A stretch of DNA of 64,000 nt from Octopus sinensis (lineage: Eukaryota): the NCBI RefSeq assembly GCF_006345805.1, contig NC_043000.1, positions 38,316,001 to 38,380,000 of the forward strand, read 5' to 3'. Numbering within the stretch: position 1 is the first letter of the stretch; the number at the start of each line of letters is the position of its first letter. The position numbers and the translations under genes are program-made. Positions 27,885 through 40,728 of the stretch are shown in pieces. The notes under the pieces were generated by a model that worked only from the letters and a program-made list of their open reading frames with translations, was not told the origin of the DNA and did no database searches.

Positions 27885-28126
27885 GTTCTTTCAACATGTG
27901 ATCTCTTAAGCACCACCAGCTCAAATATTGTCTCCTCTGTCTTCCCTCCTTGGGATCTTTCCTTCTCCTTGTTTCCGACGAAGAGCTCCGCTCGAAACGT
28001 TGAACCCTCCTCCCTTCTTCCCAGTGATAATATATTTTAATTGTTCCACGTCCTGCGTTGCTTTGTGTTTTTTTCTCCTCTCTTTTTTTCTCTTTTTTTT
28101 CTGTGTTTTCTTGTTTGGATTAACTA
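27885..28126 (+). mobile_element. Hammerhead-bearing short element (Penelope-like terminal repeat), family P1
   Basis: GTTT-CCGACGA-A-GAGC-TCC-GCTC-GAA-ACGT-T-GAAC at 27971-28005. Ends TTCTTGTTTGGATTAACTA into (TA)n. Reverse copy at 54797-55010 ends the same way. Confidence 0.72.
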
Positions 28127-28644
28127 TATATATATATATATATAATGTGTGTGTGTATGTATATGTATATATATATTATATATAATATACATATATATAT
28201 ACGTAATATATATACATATATATACGTGTATATATAACATATATATATATACATAATATATATATATATATACATACATATATATATAATACATACGTAT
28301 GTGTATATATATTATATAATATATATATATAATATATATATACGACAGTCTTCTTTCAGGGATTTGCCGAAGATGCCATACAGTGGGATGAGAACCCGGA
28401 ACCACGTGCTAAATAAAAAGTTAGAAAGGCAGATTACCATAAACATAATCGCTGTATTAGCATAGAATAAAAAGAAAGAAAAGGAATAATGTTACAGTCT
28501 TACACTGACAGCTGTTTCGGGTGAAGCATGACATTACCATATCTCTTATAAAACAAAGGTCCTAATATCGTAGATGTACAGAATTAAACGAAATTTTTAT
28601 AATCCGTGAGGTTAGATCATGTTATTTATCTGAACACTATTTGT

Positions 28645-29223
28645 TAATACAGTTCTATATTTGAGAGATGAGGAATTATATACACTATTTACATTTGACA
28701 GATATTTGTCCTCATCTTGTTTATTGTTAACACAATGTTTAGCCTGATGTACTCTCCAGCCTTCTCCGGGTATCCTTGGGAAATTTCGAACCTGGTTTCT
28801 CATTCCTAAGGTAATTTTCGATGTTATTATTATTATTGATCATGTCTCTTAGTGGCTGACGATAAATGCATCTCTGATCACAAGCAGAAGTATTGGGGGA
28901 GCATCATAGCCGTGAGTTGAAAGGAATTCTTAGAGGTTTGGATGATTCACCTTCGGAAACGTGGGTGGTTCGTTCAACATCCTAAAACAATTCAAGGACG
29001 TTTTGAGTGCGATGGACTACTCGACCAGACGAAAATTCTAACTGGGCCCTATCTGCAAGGTCATGCGCTGTTTATCTTGATATGAGATCACCATGTCGCG
29101 CACATGTGGTTGTGATGTCTGTACCCGGTGTACCCTTATCAGACGGGTAGTCATGATGGGTATACTGGGCTTCGTATATTTTACCCCAGTGTCACTTTGA
29201 TGACATGCACTGCTCTCTCACTC

Positions 29224-29261
<38 letters not shown>

Positions 29262-29428
29262 CAACAACAACAACAACAACATCAAAGACTATCTTAGGAA
29301 TGAGAACTAAAGTTCTAAATTTCCGCAGGACACCTGAAGAAGGCTGGAGAGTACATCAGCCGAGAGCGTTGTGCTAACAATAAACAAGATGAGGACAAGT
29401 ATCCGTCAAATATAAATAATGTAAATAA
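28645..29428. mobile_element. Inverted pair of family P2 (hammerhead SINE body) interrupted by the (TAA)n-associated element
   Basis: 28645-28835 (-) and 29280-29428 (+) match 49328-49512. GACAC-CTGAAGA-A-GGCTG...CAGCC-GAGAG-CGTT-GTGCT at ~29329-29375. The insert 28840-29260 matches 13260-13640. Confidence 0.8.
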
Positions 29429-29684
29429 ACTCCTTGGTAAATATCAATGCTGTCTTTGCTTCAGCATTCTCCGACACAGTATATGTACACACACTCACGC
29501 GCGCTCGCGCACACACACACACACATGCACACACATATACATATGTATATGTATGTATATGAGAATGTGTGTGTGTGTGTGTGTGTGTGCAAGCAGAACT
29601 GTATGAATGTTTCTACGCTTAAATGTAGAGTCTATCCTTGTCGTAGTTTCGTGTGTGCTTGTAGATGCACGATGTATATATATA

Positions 29685-29727
<43 letters not shown>

Positions 29728-29911
29728 TTTATATGTGCCAGACGGTCACTGCTTGTATTTGTGTATCTCTGCGTCACTGTTTAAACGTCTATGTAGTTAT
29801 GATGAAGCAATCGTTTCAAGAATCTTTTCCGTTAAATAGTCGAATTTAATTCGTTTTCGATGATGTTATCATATTGAATGAAGAGCAAAACACGTTTCTG
29901 TACGCTTTATA

Positions 29912-30080
29912 TCTTCTTCTTCTTCTTTTCTTCTTCTTCTTCTTCTTCTTCTTCTTCTTCTCCTTCTTCTCTTTCTTCTTCTTCTTCTTCTTCTTCTTCT
30001 TCTTCTCTTTCTTCTCCTTCTTCTTCTTTGTTTTTTTCTTCTTCTTCTCCTCCTCCTCCTCCTTCTCCTTCTTCTTCTTC
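29912..30080. repeat. (TTC)n/(TCC)n array
   Basis: Directly visible. Confidence 0.95.
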
Positions 30081-31129
30081 TCTCTTATCTCCATGTTCTC
30101 CATCTCTCTCTTTCTCTCTACATCACCCTCTCTGTCTTTCTTTTTCTCTCTCTTCTAATTATCATCAGCATCGTCGTCGTCGTCGTCATCGTCGTTATTA
30201 TTATTATTATATTATTATTGTTGTTGTTGTTGTTGTTGTTGTTGTTTTATCATTTTGTTTCATTTCGGAGAGTGCCAGGAGAGCATGCTGTTATAAAATG
30301 TCGAAGCACAGATAACAGATTTATGTGTGATTACATCAATATATAAACTCTGTGCTTCTCTCTCTCTCTTTCTCTCTCTGTTTTATTTTGGCAATCATTG
30401 CAACAGTGTTAATAATTGCATACATGCAATTACTCCACGTTTATAACTTAACAGACATAAACTCAACAAACATAATGAAAATTTTATTCCATCCGAAAGG
30501 TCAGAGAAAAAAAATGAAGCCTACCGCTATTTTTTTACTGCAATACATAAATTTTTTTCCCGAATATGTTGATTCTTCTTTTTTCTTTTATTCCTAACAT
30601 CATTTTATTTATTTATTTATGTTTTTCATCTTATTTTTTAAGCATTATATTTTGTACTTATTTCTCTTATCTGTTCATTAAATCTCTCTCTTTGGATAAT
30701 TAACTTGATTCCAACTGAATGTTTGTTATGTTTCAATTACTGAACTTCTAGCTTTGATGAAGCATGCTAATCTATATTTTAATGAATCCTGTTCGGGAAT
30801 TAACTAAAACAAACAAACTAATATTCTAAGCATTCAGATAATCTAGGGTCAGACATGGGGGTGTGCAGAGTAACATGTTTTTTTCTTTCCTTTTCTTGTC
30901 TGACGATAAAAATCTGTTGCAAACTTATTTTCCTTCCAGCTTAGCTTTTTCTTATATTTATTCTAAGATTAATATTTGTTTTTCTTTGGCTCAAAGCTTT
31001 CTGATTAAATCTGTATTGTAAATTGACAGGATCGCGCTGCAGTATTAAGGATATTTTCACGTCCTAAATGCAATGTGGAACTAAGCTTTCTTCTACAAGT
31101 AGAAATGGCCTTTTTTTTTTATCTTATTC

Positions 31130-31878
31130 GTTTTCTTTTACTAGTTTTAGTCCTTAGCCTGCGGCTATGCTGGGACCTTGCTTTAAAGCATTTTAGTCGA
31201 ACGAATCTACACGAGTACTTATGTTTTTAAAAACCTGGTCCTTATTTTATCGGTCCATTTTGCTGAACCGTTAAGTTACAGGGACATACACATACCAGCA
31301 CCAGTTGCCGAGCGATGGTGGGAGACAAATACAAACACAAAGAAACACACGTATACACACACAAACATACTTACACGCACACACGCACATACATACATAC
31401 ATTCTACTGTTTGGAGCTGAGGATATATATGGACAACTGCTTCGAAACCTCCAGCTTCTATATCCAGACTACAAATTTATATTCATACCAATAATAACTG
31501 AAACATTAGGTTTTGTTAGTAAATGCTTAGAAGAGAATCTGCATAAACTGGGGTTTTCAGAAAGAGAACTCGACCGGTTAATTCGTACATTCCAAGTGCA
31601 ATCTGTGAGTGGAACAGTAAAAATATGCAAGACTTTTCTCAAGTTCCAAATGTGGATTTGTCTACATCCCAGAGATGGAGCCTTGTATCTTTGCTGGAAA
31701 CCGGCTCCCTCCTCAGTGGAAGATTTATAATAATTAAAAAATAGAAGAGACGTACATACATACATACGTCTTCTTTCTCCTCTCACAAGATTTTGGTCGG
31801 TCCAAGGTGGCATGTAGTTGAACTGAACCCGGAATCATGTAGTTGGGATGCAGACTTCTTACCACACAGCTACGCCTT
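31130..31878 (-). mobile_element. SINE family A split by an RLE-element insertion
   Basis: Tail half at 31130-31400, head half at 31765-31878, separated at the internal (ACAT)n tract. Confidence 0.75.
31403..31752 (+). mobile_element. 3' end of an RLE-class non-LTR retrotransposon
   Basis: EDIYGQLLRNLQLLYPDYKFIFIPIITETLGFVSKCL...QVQSVSGTVKICKTFLKF parallels the K..Y..L...IPIIVGALG...GT.HI terminus of the elements at 15.1-16 kb. Flanked by (TACA)n on both sides. Confidence 0.75.
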
Positions 31879-32284
31879 TACTCTGTACCTTTACTTTCAT
31901 ACGATGTTTTAAACCTTTCGAAAGCCATCGGTTATTTCAGTGAAATATTTTCTTTTATCTTTCATCTGTTTCAGTCACTGGAATGTGGCCATGCTGGGGT
32001 ACCGTCTTCAAGACTTTTAGATGACCAAATTGATCGCAGTACTTGATTTTTGGTTTTTTTTTTTTATAAATCTGGTATTTATTCTCTCTCTTTTGCCAGG
32101 TAACGAATGAATATGTAGGAAACGTAAATTTATGATTAAAGACGTTCATATGAAAATACTTCAAAGACAGAATCATGAACCACCGGACGATTGTTTCACT
32201 TTTAGTGGAAAAGATATGATATTGTTGTGAGCTCGCCCTAGGCAAGAAGTTAGAAGTTTTTTTGCCCATGACACTACATGGACC

Positions 32285-32350
<66 letters not shown>

Positions 32351-32637
32351 ATAATAATAATATAATAATAATAAATATTAGGGAATAAATCCAAACTTAC
32401 AGGGAAAAATCAGATTTAGGATTGAATCCAATTTTATAGTAAAATATTATATTATATTAAATTAGAGACAAAACCACTATTAGGCAAATCAAACAATGAA
32501 AGACTAAGCCAATACATATGATTAATTAATTAATTATATTTTTTGATAATTTTGTTACATATTTAAATAATATAATTAATCATATGTATTGGCTTAAGTC
32601 TTTCATTGTTTGATTTGCCTAATAGTGGTTTTGTCTC

Positions 32638-32669
<32 letters not shown>

Positions 32670-32685
32670 CTATATATATATATAT

Positions 32686-33413
32686 TCGGTTAAGTAATTG
32701 AGATTCTAGTGAATTCTAAAGAATTCACATGAATATGGTCCTTAACTAGGATGCACCGGAAATCTATATGGTGTTAACCATACGACAAGTGGGGTGATTA
32801 CAAATAGGAAAAAAGCAACAAGAATGGATTAAAATCTCGGTACGATCGTTTCGTACGAGGACATCTTTAATAAGCTACAAAAAATGCAGTGAATACAGAT
32901 GGCTCGTACTCGTCAGCCGAAAAAATATCAGAGAATTCCCAAACATCAAAAGGTGTAGATACAAAAGAGGTTGTAAGATTAACTGCATTGAAGAAAGTTC
33001 GATTCGTGGAGATCTACACGATATGACAGTCACTATGTTTTTACTCAGACTTCCCTCTACATGATATGGCAGTCACATTGCCTCTTACTCGGATTTTCAG
33101 AAATTTTGCATGACTGTATCCGAAAATTTCTTCATACAACTTGATCAAATATTCAATATGAGCTATATGTAGACATGCATAAATTCTATAGGTTTAAAGC
33201 CTTTCATCGGATCTCCACGAATCGAACTTTCTTCAATGCAGTTAATCTTACAACCTCTTTTGCATCTACACCTTTTGATGTTTGGGAATTCTCTGATATT
33301 TTTTCGGCTGACGAGTACGAGCCATCTGTATTCACTGCATTTTTGTAGCTTATTAAAGATGTCCTCGTACGAACGATCGTACCGAGATTTTAATCCATTC
33401 TTTTTGCTTTTTT

Positions 33414-33418
<5 letters not shown>
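32686..33418 (-). mobile_element. Hammerhead-bearing element family P3 with 5' inverted duplication, between (TA)n tracts
   Basis: Inverted repeats 32804-33014 / 33210-33418, each containing the ribozyme motif. Confidence 0.8.
32835..32922 (-). ncRNA. Type I hammerhead ribozyme, intact core
   Basis: UUUCGG-CUGACGA-GUACGAG-(loop)-CUCGUAC-GAA-ACGAUCGU-A/CCGAGA. Helix I 6 bp, helix II 7 bp, palindromic helix III, GUA site. The + copy at 33302-33387 lacks one A of GAAA. Confidence 0.85.
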
Positions 33419-33468
<50 letters not shown>

Positions 33469-34347
33469 TTTGTCCTGTACTTATCTTTCGTGTATTTACG
33501 TATTTTTCACTCCTTGGTGATGTTCTGTACTTAATGTGTATTTTTTATTTATTTATAATCGAACGCCATGCAGCCGTGTCAGCGGTAGGATTTTACATTT
33601 ATATATAATTTCTGTTGCTTCACACTCCGTTTTCTTTCTTTTTCTCTATACCTTTATAATACTCTTTATTTTCCGTTTCTCCCCTTCCTTCTCTGTCCCC
33701 TATCTTTCTTCCACTCCCTACTATCTTTCGTACCTTCTCCCTTCTTCTCACTCCCTTTGTTTGTGTCACTCATCCTCTCTCTTGTCCCCTTCCCATCTGC
33801 CTGTTGGTCACACGTGACTACAGGCCATTTTTCTCGCCTCTGTTTTTTCTGAACCAGACGTCCATTTAGCTGGACGTCATTTCTCTCGCCTCCCAAGATT
33901 TTCTCCTTCAACTATTTTCTTCTCTTCTATTTAATCTAAAACCTTTCAAAATTTCTCCCAGATGTTACCCACAATAATTCGCATTGGCGTAACGGGCCTT
34001 AATCTTTGTCTTCGTCGATTGTTTACTCTGTACATACAGTCTGTTGTTGTTTGTTTGTTTGAAGCCTTAAATCTCCACAAATTTTATATATTTAAAATTT
34101 CTGGATGTTGCTGTTTTATGAAATTTTCCTATCTTGTCGTTGAAGACCCGAAACAGGTAGTAATAAATACTCGACAACTGAGGAGGAGTTAGACTACTTT
34201 TGATGTTTTGCCTCGTACTAGTCTCTCGTTATGTGTTTACATATTTTTCGCTCGTTGGTGAAGTCCTGTACTCAATGTGTGTATATATATATGTGTATAT
34301 ATATATATATGTGTGTGTACTTATAGATATACATACACACACACACT

Positions 34348-34429
<82 letters not shown>

Positions 34430-34436
34430 GTAGATG

Positions 34437-34722
34437 TGGAGGCGCAATGGCCCAGTGATTAGGGCAGCGGTATCGCGGTCGCAGGATCGCGGTTTCGATT
34501 TCCAGACCGGGCGTAGTGGGTGTTTATTGAGCGAAAACACCTAAAAGATCCAGGATGCTCCGGCAGGGGGTGGTGATCCCTGCTGTACTCTTTCACCACT
34601 CTTTCTTCTGTTGGTCTGCTCGCTTAGCCAGCGGGGTGGCATCATTCGAAGGCTAAAACAACATTGTGATCAGCGATGTATAACATCATCCGATGGTCTG
34701 GTCGGTCACGTGATCACGTGAT
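34437..34722 (+). mobile_element. tRNA-derived SINE family C
   Basis: A-box TGGCCCAGTGATTAG, B-box GGTTTCGATTTCC. A 3' portion (GAAGGCTAAA...CAGCGATG) recurs at ~27345-27390. Confidence 0.72.
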
Positions 34723-34784
34723 ATGTACATATACAGAATATGACCGCAGCCGCATTGTTGAAACGAGTAAAATGTAATATATAT

Positions 34785-34862
<78 letters not shown>

Positions 34863-34863
<1 letters not shown>

Positions 34864-35277
34864 CTATATATATAAAACTGAGAATGTGTGTCTGCATGTC
34901 TGTGTGAATCCCTAAAATCTGAGAACTACACAACCAATTTCATTCAAATTTTACACATGCCTTACTTAGGGTCCATGTAGTGTCATGAGCAAAAAACTTC
35001 TAACTTCTTGCCTAGGGCGAGCTCACAACAATATGATATCTTTTCCACTAAAAGTGAAGCAAAAACATCTCTCTATTGTAATGTCAGATACTTTCACTTC
35101 AATACTGAAACTATTAAAGTCAAACTATTATATGAGAGGGGTAAACCATTAACAGTGGACATCCATTTTGCTAGACGAAGACCCGCTATGGTCTTATATG
35201 TTACACCACTGGTTTTCAAATCATATTAATCAAATTAATATTCAATTTCTCACCCTTTTTATTTTAAGTTTAAAATT
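34863..35277 (+). mobile_element. 5' part of non-autonomous Helitron family H2
   Basis: A|TCTATATATATAAAACTGAGAATGTGTGTCTG start like H1, followed by AACCAATTTCATTCAAATTTTACAC. Internal 34966-35065 recurs inverted at 32190-32288. No 3' CTAG seen. Confidence 0.62.
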
Positions 35278-35565
35278 AAACCCAGGATCATGTGTTTGGA
35301 ACGAAGTTTGTTACCACACAGTCACACCTGCACCTATGTATGTATGTGTGTGTGTATGTGTGTGTATGTGTGTGTGTGTGTGTGTGTATAGCTGTATATG
35401 TATACATTTATTCTATACATATAGATGTATATGTATACATGTATATGTTTAGATGTATATATATATATATATATATATAGATGTACATGTAATATGTACA
35501 CATATATATTCACATATATACTTGCATACATATATACACCCATACACACATACACACACACACAC

Positions 35566-35895
35566 AGGTGCAGGTGTGGCTGTGTGGTAACAAACTTCGT
35601 TCCAAAACACATGGTCCTCATGTCAGTCCCACTGTGTGGTGACTTGGCATGTGTCTTTTGCTATAGCCTCAGACCAACCAAAGCCTTGTCGGTGGATTTT
35701 GTAGACAGACCTGTGTCAACGAATGTAGTATATATTTATAGTATGTATATGTATATATTAAGTGTATGTGTGTGACTTTGTTTCCGTGTTTCACCCTCAT
35801 CACTGCTTCACAACTGCTGTTCGTTTATTTACATTCCCATAACTTACTGGTTTCACAAGAAGAGACTAATAGAATAAGTACCTAGGCTTATCAAC
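35566..35895 (+). mobile_element. SINE family A
   Basis: GGTGTGGCTGTGTGGTAA head, GACTTGGCATGTG core, AGAATAAGTACCTAGGCTT. Confidence 0.82.
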
Positions 35896-36008
35896 ATAAA
35901 AAAATCACTACGCTGTGTCTCATATTTTGTGTTGCCTACTCAGCTGTATCTATCAATTTATCTTTGTGTGTGTGTGTATATATATATATGCACACACACA
36001 CACGCACG

Positions 36009-36077
<69 letters not shown>

Positions 36078-36094
36078 ATATGTGTACATTCATA

Positions 36095-37667
36095 TTTATT
36101 ATATCAAAGACAATGTCTTTATGTGTTTGTGTATTACTTATACATTCGAAAACTGCTTCACCAATCATAATGAAATTTGGAACACAAAATCGAAGCCCAG
36201 GGAGAAGGGTAATGCTGTGTGTTTCATACAATTTCATGGACCAAAACTTCTGAATGGATCCTTATGATATTTGAAACTTAGATTCAATGCATAAGGGCGG
36301 GTATAATGCAATATGTTTGGTTTGAATTTCGGGTGGCTTAAATGGGGCAGAACCCCCCCCCATGAAATTCACACACATCAAGAAGTATTCTCAAAGTTTC
36401 CACTTCACATGAGGATTCTAAGACACCCTAATGGGGGCCTTAACTCCCAAATTTTAGTCATTTCTTTTATGATCCAAAACTAAGTCTAAAGTACTGAATG
36501 GATCTTTACGAAATTTGGAAATTATATTCTATGCATAAGGGCCACAACCCCCATGACAATTCATATATTTTTGCTGTTGAGGAAATTTTAACCATAGATA
36601 TTAGATAGAAATGAAGTAATATTTATAAAATTTCATCTTCTTACAAGTTAGAAAGACCCCACCATGGGTACTTAACGCCCACAATTTTGTCATTTAATCT
36701 AAGCAAAGACGAATAATTGTACTCTTGGAAGCTGTTGGGTCATCCGAGCATAGAAGATGCGCATTATTTGTAATTCAATGGTACAACAGTGTAAGAGTTT
36801 GCCTCCACTGATTCAGTTGCAAAGTGTTGAGTAAAGTTATTTGATTGCAGATCTACTTTCAGTCTTTTTATTATCACTGGGTCACACATAGTCCTCAGAT
36901 ATTAACATTGATTTTAAGGCCTTCCCAGATGAGTGACTGATAATTCAAAAACATTTATAGATTGTATATTTATTCTGTCCAGTTACGTATCAGTATAGTG
37001 GTCATTTGCAAACTCCAACTTTCATTTCTCCTTAGCCCTCACGTCACATAGTTGTTAATGTTTATTTCAGTTGGGTCACGCCCTTCCAATTGCTATAGAT
37101 TCGTAATACATCTTACGGCTGTGCCTGTCACCTGGATGATGACGAATACTACATTGGGAGTGGTAACGTCTAGGGTACTGTAGCTGACTGGTTATTGTGA
37201 TCATTCGTCTTTTGGATTCCTGTAGCTTTGCTCTCTTTTACAAACCCAGTGAACATATATTTCCTATTTCAAAGAAATTCAAACAATAGATATAAGACCC
37301 AAGTAAAAAAGATTCTTAACAATTCAACTTCTCTGGTTGACATTAAGATTCCCACCCCCAAAAGAGGCCTTAACTCTCACATTTTAAAGCTCCGTGACAT
37401 CCATTTTTCAGGAGTAAAATCTTTTTAACAGGTTCAATAAGACTGGAATTTTGGGATATGCGCATAAAAATCAGCAGCATGGGATATATGTGGCACGATT
37501 GCAATTTTTTTTTTTGGTGGGGGGGGGGTGTAAAGAGGGAAATAACCCTCATCTGCAATTTAGATGAAATTCGAAACATAGATATTCCAGTTCATTACAG
37601 AAAATATAAAAGAAAAGTCTAATTCTTCAATTGTATGTAACACGGCAACGCCGTGTATCTCTGCCAG
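36095..37667 (+). mobile_element. Non-autonomous Helitron family H3 (~1.57 kb)
   Basis: Degenerate 5' end ATTTATTATATCAAAG...ACTGCTTCACCAATCATAATGAAATTTGG. 3' hairpin CACGGC-AAC-GCCGTG (37641-37655) then CTGCCAG|T, parallel to the H1 end CTGCTAG|T. Confidence 0.68.
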
Positions 37668-37677
37668 TATATATATA

Positions 37678-37708
<31 letters not shown>

Positions 37709-37788
37709 ATATAATATATATGTATGTATATATAATAATATATATAATAATATATATATATATATATATGTATTTATGTATGTATGTA

Positions 37789-37827
<39 letters not shown>

Positions 37828-37832
37828 CATAT

Positions 37833-37865
<33 letters not shown>

Positions 37866-37872
37866 TATATAT

Positions 37873-37931
<59 letters not shown>

Positions 37932-37936
37932 TATAC
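37668..37936. repeat. (TA)n microsatellite
   Basis: Directly visible. Confidence 0.95.
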
Positions 37937-38449
37937 AGAGGCAGAAGAGAGAGAGAGGTGGCAACAGAAAATTCCGAACTCTTAAGCTAGTCACAGGCAA
38001 GATACGAATTGAGAGGAATTTTGGTTCTATTTCTCTCAAATCGTGTAACTCCCCGCTATTGGTTTCCCTCTTCCATATTAATTCCCTCTTATTTGTTATA
38101 ATTAAATATGTTCTACAATATTAGTGTGGTATTGGCTGCTGCAGTCAGGCGAAATACACGAAAGCACAAAATGGTGGATTCTTCTTGCTTCAATAAGACT
38201 ACAAATTGTGAAATTATTCATTATTTTCCCTTATTTCTTTGTTTTTATTACTAATTAAAAATGCAATTAAGGATTTTTGGTAATAAAATTAAAAATTGTT
38301 TAAACTGCGAAAAAATGTATTTTTAATCAAATTCCCGAATAAAAACAATGAAAAATGATTAAAGAAATATATAAATAACAACAGTAAAAAAAAAACCACA
38401 ACAGGAAAATTTACGTCGATAACAACGTTAAAAGTAAACACAAAGAACG

Positions 38450-38727
38450 GCATCGTCACCATCATCATCATCATCATCACCGTTATTTTTACCACCAACA
38501 TTCCCACCACAACAACCAGCAGCACAACATCCACCACCAACGCCTTCCACCATCAGCATAATCATCACCACAACCACTACCATCATCATCATCAGCTACA
38601 GCAATAAAGTTAATGAGTAAACAAACAATTATTGTTGTTATCGTTTTTGTTGTTGTTATTGTTACTTTTATTATTATTATTATTATTTTTATTATTATTA
38701 TTATTGTTATTATTATTATTATTGTTA

Positions 38728-38780
<53 letters not shown>

Positions 38781-38821
38781 TTTATCATCATTTTAATATC
38801 ATTGTTATTATTATTTTATCA

Positions 38822-38853
<32 letters not shown>

Positions 38854-38855
38854 GC
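38450..38855. repeat. (CAT)/(CAC)/(TAT)n arrays
   Basis: Directly visible. Confidence 0.93.
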
Positions 38856-40339
38856 TTTTCGGTTTTTATGGTGTGATTCGTGAATGTTTTTGTTTCGTCT
38901 GCTTTTATTTCGACATTTATTTGAATTTATGGAATTTTAAGTTTGAGACAATATTTTATTCCAAATGACAGCACTGATTGAAATGTTCGTTGGTACGACA
39001 CCTCCTGCTTCTCCGCAGCCACCACCACCATCACCACCACCACCACGGCTACAACATTGTGATTGCATCTATTGGACCCCCAACAACATATTAACAGAAC
39101 AACAACAGTAATACTTTGTCTGAAATATTTTAAAATCTCTATGATAATCAAGTGATAATTTAAAATGATTTCGACTAATAAAGTCCAATTTTATAGACGT
39201 TTCTCTGTTGATCTATGTAGCCAAGTTTTATGATCTTTCGCCTTGCAATTTTTTAAAAAACAGTAGCATACAACATACGAAGTGCTGATATATAGAGCAA
39301 GCAGGCTTGATGTGCATATGACGAAATGTTTTACTTTAATAAAATAATTTTTAATGGTAAACCCCTTCAAATTTATAACACACAAGCAAGGTTGATATTA
39401 TTTATATTTATGCTTCTAATCTTTTAGATTTTCTATTACCACATATATTCCGCGCCCATTACGATTTCATTTCATTTATTTTAATTACGGGCCAAATAAA
39501 CTCCCTATATTTGTACTTATTTTGTTTTCAGATTATTTTTAATTTCTGGGTTGAATTATTTGACTTCTCTCATGTTCTGACTCTGATTCATAATTTAAAA
39601 TTAAACACCCATTTTCCTCAATACGTTCAGGTGATTCGAACGTGAACATGCTGACCATTGTCGTTTTTTGTCATCGGAAAATAATCTCCTGTCTTAATAT
39701 AATACGTGTTTACACGCACAATTCATGGATGTAAGAGGACGTTGAGATACCGTGGGATTTCGAACCTGTTTTGATCTATGTTCATCTTATGAATTATCAG
39801 TTTGACAGACATCAGTATGTCGCAGAAAAATAATCTGTTTGCTGCTTTCTATAAATAAGAGCCTGTACAATCATTGATCCACACTAGAAGAGACACACAA
39901 TCAGGTCGAAACACCAGTGTGTCACAAAACCCCTCCGCACCACGCGTAACCATGAATCGCCTGCATCATTATCACCTTCCCTAAAGAGAGGAGATGATCT
40001 TTGAAGGAAGAAAAGAACAACAATCAGCATATTCAGGTTCGAATCTAAAAAAATGTATTCAGTGTAAATAGCCAGGCTATTGTTTGGATTCTCTCTGTTC
40101 TGTGTGCACCTCATGAATTAAAATCATTCTTATTTCCCTCTATCATCTTTTGAAGTTCTCCTCACCATATTTCTCTGAATGGCACACACGCGGTCGTGTA
40201 ATTCGAAAGTTCACTTTACAATTAGTTTGTTTCGGATCGGCTCTCCTACGTGGCACCTTGGGTAACTGCTTTGCGCTATCGTGTCGGACAACCGAATCTT
40301 AAGAATTAAATTTAGCAGAAAGATTGATGGTTTACTTTT

Positions 40340-40692
40340 AGGCGCCGGCGTGGCTGTGGGGTAAGAAGTTTGTTTTCCAACCACTTCGTTTCGGGTTCAG
40401 TCCCACTGCGTGATACCTTGAACAAGTGTCTTCCATTATAGCCTGTGGCCGACCAAAACCTTGTGAGTGGATTAGGTAAATGGAAGCTGAAAGAAGGCCG
40501 ACATATGTGTGTGCGTGCGTGCGCATGTTTGTCTCTCGACAACTGGTGTTTGTATGTTTACGTTCCTATATCTTAGCGGTTCGGTAAAAGAGACCGATAG
40601 AATAAGTACCAGGCTTTAAAAAAATAACTACGGGATCGATTTGATTGAATAAAATTCTTCAAGACACTGCCCCAAGTTAAAGATAAAAGACA
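40340..40692 (+). mobile_element. SINE family A
   Basis: GGCGTGGCTGTGGGGTAAG, GGTTCAGTCCCACTGCGTG, CTTAGCGGTTCGGTAAAAGAGACCGATAGAATAAGTACC. Confidence 0.88.
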
Positions 40693-40728
40693 GAAACTGT
40701 GCGCAGTTCTAAGAGACAATTCCTCATC

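Noticed and set aside
34134-34185. TTGAAGACCCGAAACAGG as a hammerhead
   Set aside because: No helix II or palindromic helix III can be formed. At best a deleted relic.
39878-39930. CTAGAAGA-GAC...GTC-GAAACACCAGTGTG as a hammerhead
   Set aside because: Insertion in the core, no valid UH site after helix III, and no clean helix I.
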